Assembly: GCA_022565365.1 (NCBI GenBank)
Contig: JAIUMW010000001.1
Coordinates: 1-54,956, forward strand
DNA length: 54,956 bases
Direction of reading: 5' to 3'
Source: Oceanicaulis sp.
GTDB lineage: Bacteria > Pseudomonadota > Alphaproteobacteria > Caulobacterales > Maricaulaceae
Below, piece by piece: positions 47,383 to 54,956 of this stretch (position 1 is its first letter; the number at the start of each line of letters is the position of its first letter). The notes beneath the pieces were generated by a model that saw only the letters and a program-made list of their open reading frames with translations, had not been told where the DNA came from and made no database searches. The position numbers and the translations under genes are program-made.

Positions 47383-49419
47383 ATGATGACTGTAACACGT
47401 CTGGTCATCGCCGCCGCCATTATGGCGGCCTTGGCGGGTTGCGAGAGCCCCGGCCCGCGCAACGTCGTCATTGACCCGCTGGCCAGACTGCCCGCCTCCC
47501 AGAGCCAGCAGGCCCGGCCCGAGCCCGCGCCCGACAGATCGTCCGCAGAGCGCCCGCCCGCCGAGGCCGCCTTGCAGGAACAGGTGATTTACGGAACCAC
47601 GCCGCGCGTCGGCGCCATCCGGCAGGACGCAGAGCGTGTAGAGAGCGGCGCCTACACGATCAATTTCTCTGATGCGCAACTGGAAGAGGTCGCCCAGATC
47701 ATTTTGGGCGATCTGCTTGACGAGCCCTATCTGGTTGATCCGCGCGTCACCGGCCGGATCACAGCGTCCACGCCGCGCCCGGTTTCGCGCGAGGCGCTGC
47801 TGGCCCTGTTCGAAGCCACGCTGGCCATGAACAATGCCTCACTGGTGCGCGCTGAAGGCGTCTACCGCATCATGCCGTCGGGCGAAGCCCAGAGCTCGGG
47901 CCTGGGCCGGCTGGCGGCGCCGGGGCGTCCGGGCTGGGGCGTCAGCGTCGTGCCGCTCAGATACGTGTCGGCGGCCAATATGCGCCAATTGCTGGACTCG
48001 GTGGTGACCCGGTCCGGCGCGGTGCGGGCCGACACCGCGCGCAATCTAATCCTCATTGTCGGCGCCTCGGGCGAGCGCACCAACGCCGCCGACGCCATTG
48101 CAGCGTTTGACGTCGACTGGATGTCGGGCATGTCCATCGCGCTCATTCCGCTCATCAATGTCACGCCGGACACGGTCATCGCGGAGATGGACGCGATCTT
48201 CCAGTCCTCGGGCGACGGGGCCAGCGCCGGTTCGCTGCGCCTGCAATCGGTGGACAGGCTGAACGCCGTGCTGGCCGTTGCGGCCCGCCCGCAATTGCTC
48301 GACAGGGCCCGCGAATGGGCTGCGCGTCTGGATATGGGCGGCGCCTCCGGCGGGACCTTGCGGTCGTATTTCCTGGAAAACGGCAAGGCGGTGGAAACGG
48401 CCGAACTGCTCAATCAATTGCTCGGCTCGGGCGCGCCGGTGATGAGCGGCGTCGCGCCGGACCTGGCGGAAGCCACAGCGCGCACCGCCCCGGTTCGCTC
48501 GAACGGCGGATCGGGCGCCAATGGCTACCGGGTGATCGCCGATCCGGTGAACAATGCGCTTCTGGTGTTGGCCGATGCGCCGGGCCACGCAATGGTGGAA
48601 CGCGCCCTGCGCGCGCTGGACCGCACGCCGGCCCAGGTGCTCATCGATGCTGTGATTGCGGAAGTCACGCTGAACGACACCTTGAGATATGGTGTGCAGT
48701 TCTTCTTCGAAAGCGGCGGCCTCGACCGCGTGGGCGATTCCAGCCGCGGCGGATTTTCGACCGGCGACAACTTCCAGCCCAGCCCGACCTTCCCCGGCTT
48801 CAACTTCGTGATTGAAAGCGCTGGCGGCCCGCGCTTCACGCTCGACGCCCTGTCGCGCATCACCGATCTGACCGTCGTGTCGTCTCCGTCGGTCATGGTG
48901 CTGGACAATCAGACTGCGTCCTTCCGGGTCGGCGACCAGGTTCCGGTCGTCACGCGCACATCGTCCAGCGTGATCAATCCGGACTCGCCCCTGGTCAGCA
49001 ATGTGGAGTACCGCGATACCGGCGTCATTCTGGTGGTGTCGCCCCGCGTCAGCTCCACCGGGCGGGTGACGCTGACCGTGACGCAGGAAGTCTCCAATGT
49101 CTCGCGCGCCGCCTCGGGCGCCGGCCTCACCCCGACGATCTCGACGCGCAATGTGGATACGACGGTGTCGGTGAATTCCGGTCAGACCATCGTGCTGGCC
49201 GGGCTGATTGACGAGAACCGCGATGCGGGACGGCGCGGCTTGCCGCTGATCAACCGCATTCCGGGCCTGCGAGATGCGTTGAGTTCGACTGAGGTGGTGA
49301 CCAGCCGGACCGAGCTGGTGATCTTTCTGACGCCCCGGGTCATCTACAATGATGACGACGTCGCCTCGGCGACCGAGGACCTGCGCCGGCGCATGGAATT
49401 GCTGCGTCCGGAAGGCTGA
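47383..49419 (+). CDS. gspD: Type II secretion secretin (predicted lipoprotein)
   Basis: Lipobox LAGC, QVLIDAVIAEV, VLDNQTA, YRDTG, GQTIVLAGLI, RTELVIFLTPRVI. Confidence 0.93.
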   Translation: MMTVTRLVIAAAIMAALAGCESPGPRNVVIDPLARLPASQSQQARPEPAPDRSSAERPPAEAALQEQVIYGTTPRVGAIRQDAERVESGAYTINFSDAQLEEVAQIILGDLLDEPYLVDPRVTGRITASTPRPVSREALLALFEATLAMNNASLVRAEGVYRIMPSGEAQSSGLGRLAAPGRPGWGVSVVPLRYVSAANMRQLLDSVVTRSGAVRADTARNLILIVGASGERTNAADAIAAFDVDWMSGMSIALIPLINVTPDTVIAEMDAIFQSSGDGASAGSLRLQSVDRLNAVLAVAARPQLLDRAREWAARLDMGGASGGTLRSYFLENGKAVETAELLNQLLGSGAPVMSGVAPDLAEATARTAPVRSNGGSGANGYRVIADPVNNALLVLADAPGHAMVERALRALDRTPAQVLIDAVIAEVTLNDTLRYGVQFFFESGGLDRVGDSSRGGFSTGDNFQPSPTFPGFNFVIESAGGPRFTLDALSRITDLTVVSSPSVMVLDNQTASFRVGDQVPVVTRTSSSVINPDSPLVSNVEYRDTGVILVVSPRVSSTGRVTLTVTQEVSNVSRAASGAGLTPTISTRNVDTTVSVNSGQTIVLAGLIDENRDAGRRGLPLINRIPGLRDALSSTEVVTSRTELVIFLTPRVIYNDDDVASATEDLRRRMELLRPEG

Positions 49420-49428
49420 TTGGGATCG

Positions 49429-50214
49429 ATGGCCATCCTGCCGATAGACCTGTTCCTTCTTGCGGCGAGTCCCTTCGTTGGCAGTTTCATCACCATGGCC
49501 GCCCGGGCCTGGCCGGACTGGAGCCGCGTTCTGGCCGCCCGTTCGGCCTGCGACGGGTGTGACCGGGTCCTGACCCCAGGCGAACTCATCCCGGTCTTCA
49601 GCTATGCCGTCCAGCGCGGGCGCTGCCGGTGCGGGGCCCAGGCGATCTGGCCGCTGCACCCGGCGGGCGAGCTGCTGGCGCTGTGTATCGCGGCCGCCTG
49701 CGTCATGGCTGCCAGCGGGACCGGGGCGTGGCTGGCCGCTCTGTTCGGGTGGGCCCTCCTTTTGGCGGCGCTCACCGATATGCGCACGCTGGAACTGCCC
49801 GATGTGGTGACGCTGGGGCTGATCCCCGTCGGCCTCGGCGCGGCGTTCCTGCGCGAGGGGCTGGATGCGGCGGTGCTGGCCGGCATCGCCGCCGCTTTGG
49901 GCTTTGCATCGCTGGGCGCCATCGCCTGGCTCTACCGCCGCACGCGCGGCCGCGAGGGGCTGGGCATGGGCGATGTGAAATTGCTGGCGGCGGCCGGCGC
50001 CTGGACCGCGCCTCTGGCCCTGCCCTGGATCATCGCCGCCGCCGCCGCCATCACCCTGTTGGGCCTGGCGGTGGCCAGACTTGCCGGAACGCGGGTCTCC
50101 GCCGACATGGTCATACCCTTCGGGCCCGGCCTGGCGCTGGCGGCCTTCGTGGCGCATCTCGTTGTCACGGCCCAGTCCGGCGCCTGGCCGGGCCTGATCG
50201 TGTGGCCGTCATGA
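49429..50214 (+). CDS. gspO: Prepilin peptidase (A24)
   Basis: GSF, RSACDGC, GRCRC, TD...LPD, GLGMGDVKL, PFGP. Confidence 0.92.
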   Translation: MAILPIDLFLLAASPFVGSFITMAARAWPDWSRVLAARSACDGCDRVLTPGELIPVFSYAVQRGRCRCGAQAIWPLHPAGELLALCIAAACVMAASGTGAWLAALFGWALLLAALTDMRTLELPDVVTLGLIPVGLGAAFLREGLDAAVLAGIAAALGFASLGAIAWLYRRTRGREGLGMGDVKLLAAAGAWTAPLALPWIIAAAAAITLLGLAVARLAGTRVSADMVIPFGPGLALAAFVAHLVVTAQSGAWPGLIVWPS

Positions 50215-52244
50215 TCGCCTGGCCCGGATCCTCGCTGAAGCCGAGACGGACCGCGTTCCGGCGCGCGAAGAAGGAGCATTTGTGGACCGAGCCCTGGGTC
50301 GTCTGGCGCAGCGACGGCTATCGCGATCTGGTCTGCCCGGCCTGCCGCACGCGCTCGGTCATGAACAAGCTGATCGACGCCAGCCCACCCTTCGAGCCGC
50401 GTAAGCGCTATGCGCTCTACCGCTGCGACGCCTGCGGCAGCCTGCATTATCCCGACGCCGAGCCGATCGCCTACGAGGCGCAGCGCGACGCCGATCTGTC
50501 GCGCAAATACTATCTGGAGATCGGCGCCGGGCTGGATTCCATGCTGGCGCCGCTGGCCTGGTTGAAACACGCCGACGCCACGGCCTATCTGGAAGTGGGC
50601 GGCGGATACGGCTTCTCGGTGGATTTCGCGGCCCGCGCTCTGGGCTGGCGGGCCAGAGGCATGGATCCGTCCAGTAGCGCCGCGGTGGGCGCGCGCGATC
50701 TGGGCTATGAGCTGACACGCGGCTATCTGTCGGCCAGCGAGGCAGCGCCGGGCGCCCCGTTTGATTGCGTGCTCAGCTCAGAGGTCATCGAGCACGTGCG
50801 CGACCCCGATCCGTTTCTGGCCGCCATGGTCTCGGCGGCGAGCGATGACGGCGTTCTGATGCTCACCACCCCGGACGCAGCGGCGGTGTCGGCCGATTTG
50901 TCAGACATAGCGCTCCTCCAGATCGTGGTGGCCGGCCACCACATCGTCATCTTCACCGCTGAAGGCTTGCGGGCGGCGCTGAAGCGGGCCGGACTGACGC
51001 ATATCGAGATCACCAGCCGGGACCAGACCTTGCTGGCTGTCGCCGCGCGCCGCCCGGTTGAGGCCGATTTCGACGCCCGCCCGCCGCGCGATCTGTTCCG
51101 CGGCTATCTGCGCGCCCGCCGCGATGATCTGGCCGACGATCCCGCCCTCTATGCCGGCTTTGCTGTCCGCTTGCTCAAGGAATGCATCCATACCGGCGAG
51201 TTTGACGCGGCCACCGAGGCGCAGGAGGCCCTGACCTTGCGCTGGCGGCGCGAGTACGCGATCGATCTGGATAACCCGTCGCAGCTGCATCCGGTGTTCG
51301 AGACCGGCTGGCGCAAGACCCGCCGGGCGGTGCGCCGGTATGCGCGTGAATACCCGCTCAACCTGGCCGTCGCCCTGTTCTATACGGGCCGGCTGCGCGA
51401 GGAGCAGGGGCGCCGGGACGAGGCTGAGGCCAGCTATCGCGCCTGCGCCCGGGTCGGGCGGTCGGCGGGGCTGGTGTTCAAGGAGCTGGCGGCGCCGTGC
51501 CGCGAAACCGAGGACTGCGTCCGGCGCGCGACCATGCATGCGGCCATGCTGACGGCGGCGCGCCGGCCCGAACAGGCCTGCGCCGACCTGCTGGGCCTGA
51601 TCCCCGAAACCACTGTCCTGCCCGCAGATCTCTGGCGTGAAGCGGTCCTCAGAGTGTTTTCCGATGGCGTGCTGGCGGGCGCCCATGGCGCTGTGGCGCC
51701 GCTGGACATCTACGTGCATGCATTCCTAAACGAAACGGCTGGCGCGCCGGGTGAGACCGAAGGGCTGGCGCTGGGTGCGCTTGGCATGAGGGCCCTTCAG
51801 CAGGGCGCACCGGAAGAGGCTGAACGCCGGTTCGCCGCAGCGCGCGACGCGATGACCGATCCCGATCAGCAGGCGGCGTTCGAACGCCTCAGGATCACTG
51901 CGGCGCAGGAAGCTGAAACGGTGCGCATCGACCGCGACGCCGCCGCCCTGATTGGCGCCATGCAGGCTGGCGACGCGGCTGCGGGCGCCGGTCCGGCGCG
52001 CCGGCTCAGTCTCGCGGGCCATAGCCACCATGCGGTCTCGCAGTCCTGTGCCTTCGCCATGGGCCTGTGGATGCTGAACGCACGGGGTCAGGGAGACGCA
52101 GCTGCGGCTTGGTTCGCCCGCGCCGCAGAGCTAGCTTGCGACCGCGCTGAAGCGAGCGTTGCGCGCGAGCACGAAATGATGGCGCTCAAGCTTGCGGGGC
52201 AGAGTCTTGACAAGGGCGGAGGTGAAAAATCGCCCGGCAGTTAA
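50211..52244 (+). CDS. SAM-dependent methyltransferase with Zn-ribbon N-terminus and long helical (TPR-like) C-terminus
   Basis: CPAC...CDAC, LEVGGGYG, SEVIEH, LTTPD; ATGA overlap with gspO. Confidence 0.8.
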   Translation: MIAWPGSSLKPRRTAFRRAKKEHLWTEPWVVWRSDGYRDLVCPACRTRSVMNKLIDASPPFEPRKRYALYRCDACGSLHYPDAEPIAYEAQRDADLSRKYYLEIGAGLDSMLAPLAWLKHADATAYLEVGGGYGFSVDFAARALGWRARGMDPSSSAAVGARDLGYELTRGYLSASEAAPGAPFDCVLSSEVIEHVRDPDPFLAAMVSAASDDGVLMLTTPDAAAVSADLSDIALLQIVVAGHHIVIFTAEGLRAALKRAGLTHIEITSRDQTLLAVAARRPVEADFDARPPRDLFRGYLRARRDDLADDPALYAGFAVRLLKECIHTGEFDAATEAQEALTLRWRREYAIDLDNPSQLHPVFETGWRKTRRAVRRYAREYPLNLAVALFYTGRLREEQGRRDEAEASYRACARVGRSAGLVFKELAAPCRETEDCVRRATMHAAMLTAARRPEQACADLLGLIPETTVLPADLWREAVLRVFSDGVLAGAHGAVAPLDIYVHAFLNETAGAPGETEGLALGALGMRALQQGAPEEAERRFAAARDAMTDPDQQAAFERLRITAAQEAETVRIDRDAAALIGAMQAGDAAAGAGPARRLSLAGHSHHAVSQSCAFAMGLWMLNARGQGDAAAAWFARAAELACDRAEASVAREHEMMALKLAGQSLDKGGGEKSPGS

Positions 52245-52334
52245 TCGTGGAAGCGCGCAATTGGATTGCATTTATAGTGGCGCTGGCACGCCGGTTTCGA
52301 TAGCTGATTTCGTGTCGGCCAGGGGACGTTCGTA

Positions 52335-53384
52335 ATGATAAGAAAATGGGCTCGAAAGCTGGTCTGGCCATACCGGTTGTTCTTTGCGCAGCAGCGCCGC
52401 GAGGGCTATGCCGCCCAGGCGGTCTCTTGGGTGCTGGCCGTGCTGCGCAGCGGCAGACCCACCATACGTTCAACGCGCCAAGGCGCCCACGCGCTTGACG
52501 GCGCCAGCGATCTGGCCGTGCTGGTGACGTTCGACACGGCGGGGCGCGTCCACGATTATCTCATCCACCAGATGGATGCGCTGACCCAGGCTGGGCGCAC
52601 TGTGATCCTTGTCTCCAACAGCCCGGTCTTCCCTGAGCGCGAGCAGGAAAAGGCCGCAGCGCACTGTGCGCTGGTCGCCTGGCGCCGCAATCACGGCTAT
52701 GATTTCGGCGCCTGGCGCGACGGCCTGATGCTGGCGCCGGACTATGACCGGCTCGACAGTGTCATCTTCGCCAATGACAGCGTCTACGGCCCCTTCCAGC
52801 CGCTGAGGCCCATGCTGGACCGGATGAGCCCGGACGAGGCGGATGTATGGGGGCTGACCGACAGCTGGGATACGTGCTGGCACCTGCAGAGCTATTTCAT
52901 CTTGTACCACCGCCGCGCCCTGCAGCACCGCGATGTGCGCACCATGTGGCGCGAGTGGAAGCACGTGAACTCCAAATCCTGGGTCATCCGCAACCGTGAA
53001 ATCGGCCTGACAGGGCTGATCCACAAGGCCGGGCTCAGATGTGCGGCGCTGTTCCCGTACCGCAATCTGGTGCAGGGCTTTGCCAGCGAGGCCTCTGAAA
53101 TCCTTGCGATGAAAGACCACGGTCTGACGCAGTCCGAGCGCAATCTGATTGAGTCCATGCTCAATCTGGCCAATGCAAGTGCGCCGATGAACCCGACCCA
53201 TTTTTTCTGGGACAGGCTGATTCTGGACGGCTTTCCGTTTCTCAAAAGGGATGTCTTGGCCTCCAATCCGATCGGCATGTCCCGATTGTTTGAGTGGGAG
53301 CGCTTCGTCCGGTCCGTCAGTGATTACGATACCGCGATGGTGGACCGCCATTTGCGGGCCGTCCTGAAGCATCGGGTGGTGTAA
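52335..53384 (+). CDS. Rhamnan synthesis protein F (RgpF)-like glycosyltransferase
   Basis: NHGYDFGAW, ANDSVYGP, HLQSYF, FPFLKR. Confidence 0.85.
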   Translation: MIRKWARKLVWPYRLFFAQQRREGYAAQAVSWVLAVLRSGRPTIRSTRQGAHALDGASDLAVLVTFDTAGRVHDYLIHQMDALTQAGRTVILVSNSPVFPEREQEKAAAHCALVAWRRNHGYDFGAWRDGLMLAPDYDRLDSVIFANDSVYGPFQPLRPMLDRMSPDEADVWGLTDSWDTCWHLQSYFILYHRRALQHRDVRTMWREWKHVNSKSWVIRNREIGLTGLIHKAGLRCAALFPYRNLVQGFASEASEILAMKDHGLTQSERNLIESMLNLANASAPMNPTHFFWDRLILDGFPFLKRDVLASNPIGMSRLFEWERFVRSVSDYDTAMVDRHLRAVLKHRVV

Positions 53385-53388
53385 CCCG

Positions 53389-54894
53389 ATGGCAAGCGCA
53401 CCCGCTGCCCAAGACTGGCTGGAGCGCGTCGCCGGATTGTCAGGCGTTGACCAGGCGCGTGCGAGGCGGCTGGCGGCGGAATCGGGAGAGCGTCTTGCCC
53501 GCGCGCTGCGCCGTCTGGGCGCGGCGTCCGATGTGGCGATCGCCGATGCGCTGGCGGCCCATTGCAGCCTGGAGCGCGTGCACGCCCAAGCGTTTCCGCA
53601 AGCCCCGCCTCCAGCGGGCGGCGCAGCGCAGAGCTTCCTGGCCGAGGCGCTGGCGGCCCCGATCCACGAAGACGAGACCACAATCACCCTTGCGGTCGCG
53701 GACCCCACCGATCCGGCCGCCGCCGACGGCGTCAGGCTGGCGTCTGGCAAGCAGGTGACGCTGAAAGTCGCCAGTGCATCCGATATCGAGGCGGCCCATG
53801 CGCGCTGGCGCGGCGCGGACCCGGGCGGGGGGCTGCAATCGGCCATCGCGGCGGCGGCCGGCGAGAGCGAAGCCGACGCCGATCAGCTCAAGGATATCGC
53901 CAGCCAGGCGCCGGTGGTCCGGCTGGTGTCGGACATTGTCGCCGAGGCCCAGGAGCGCCGCGCCTCGGACATACATATAGAACCCTTCCGTGACCGCTTG
54001 CGCCTGCGGTTTCGCATCGATGGCGTGCTCCATGACCGCCCCGCGCCGCCGCCGGGCCTGGCGCGCCTGGTCGCCAGCCGGATCAAAATCCTAGCCGGCC
54101 TCGACATCGCCGAACGCCGCCGCCCGCAGGATGGCCGCGCCCGCCTGACGATTGGCGGGCGGGCGGTTGATCTGCGTGTCGCCACAGCGCCCACCGCCCA
54201 TGGCGAAAGCGTTGTCATCCGCCTTCTGGAAGACCGCGACAGCGAGGTGAAGCTGGATGATCTGGGCCTGGCGCCGGCCCACCGGTCCATGTTCGAGCGC
54301 CAGCTGGGCGCGCCCTACGGCCTGATCCTGGTGTCGGGACCGACCGGGTCGGGCAAGACCACCACACTGGCCGCGGCGCTCGACCGCCTCAACGTGCCCG
54401 GACGCAAGCTCGTCTCCATTGAAGACCCGGTGGAATACCAGATCGACGGGGTGAACCAGATCGCCGTGAATCCGGCGATCGGGTTGACTTTCGCCACCGC
54501 ACTGCGCTCGGTCCTGCGCCATGATCCCGATGTGATTGTCGTCGGCGAGCTGCGCGACCGCGAGACTGCGGAAATCGCCGTCAACGCGGCGCTCACCGGG
54601 CATCTCGTGCTGGCGACGATCCACGCCAACACGGCCGCCGGCGCGGCGCCGCGTTTGATCGACATGGGCGTGGATCCGTCGCTGCTGCGCTCCACCCTGC
54701 GCCTGCTGGTGGCCCAGCGTCTCGTGCGGATGCTTTGTCCCGCGTGCAAAGTTGAAGTGGAGCCGGCCAAGGGTCTGAGCCGGGCATTCGACGCCACAGG
54801 TTGTCCGGCCTGTCTTGAGACCGGCTATCGCGGCAGGGTCGGAGTGTTCGAGTTCATCGAGACCGGCCCCGAGGTTCGCGATCTGTTGCGCGCC
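53389..54894 (+). CDS. gspE: Type II secretion ATPase (3' end lost in low-quality sequence)
   Basis: Not in the ORF track. Hand translation: ASDIHIEP, DIAERRRPQDG, GPTGSGKTT, IEDPVEY, LRHDPD, VGELRD, LTGH, CPAC x2, GYRGR. Confidence 0.93.
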
Positions 54895-54956
54895 CGGGGG
54901 GGGTGGGGGGGGGGGCCCGGCCCGGCCCCCCCCCCCCCCCCCCCCCCCCCCGCCAC
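54895..54956. other. Poly-G/poly-C tract, probable contig-end artefact
   Basis: G run then a C run over 20 nt abruptly replacing gspE coding sequence. Confidence 0.85.

Noticed and set aside
52284-52299. Sigma-54 promoter TGGCAC-N5-TTTCG before the RgpF-like gene
   Set aside because: -12 element lacks the conserved GC
54895-54956. G-quadruplex or phase-variable homopolymer in gspE
   Set aside because: At the sequence end, abruptly replaces conserved coding sequence; typical read-end artefact

Overview
High-GC alphaproteobacterial DNA (gene content fits a Caulobacterales/Maricaulales-like organism; inference). Left to right: (1) the start of a sulfate-assimilation operon (cysG, DUF2849-like, cysI, truncated by the window); (2) an HI0933-type flavoprotein between decayed IS6/IS3 remnants; (3) a ~20 kb catabolic cluster (4.7-24.5 kb) with a TonB-dependent receptor, carotenoid-cleavage-family dioxygenase, PaaN-like aldehyde dehydrogenase, two acyl-CoA ligases, three thiolases, NMO/FabK-like flavoenzyme, DUF1295, two SDRs, LEH/NTF2-like protein, thioesterase, MFS and a tandem double-HxlR regulator. 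A 17-bp motif (RGTWTGDTWRTGMAAGY) occurs six times, in every promoter region of the cluster, and the cluster is bracketed by directly oriented IS6-derived ends. This regulon is the best candidate for an undescribed system. (4) an mrp Na+/H+ antiporter operon, one subunit with two in-frame TAGs that look like sequencing errors; (5) mixed housekeeping/stress genes; (6) a general stress response locus (nepR-ecfG-kinase, phyR) with several GGAAC-N16-CGTT promoters; (7) a type II secretion locus with methyltransferase and RgpF-like genes between gspO and gspE and a divergent sulfotransferase-like gene. The window ends in a poly-G/poly-C artefact. No rRNA, tRNA or CRISPR array was seen. All family calls come from motif recognition by eye, not database searches.
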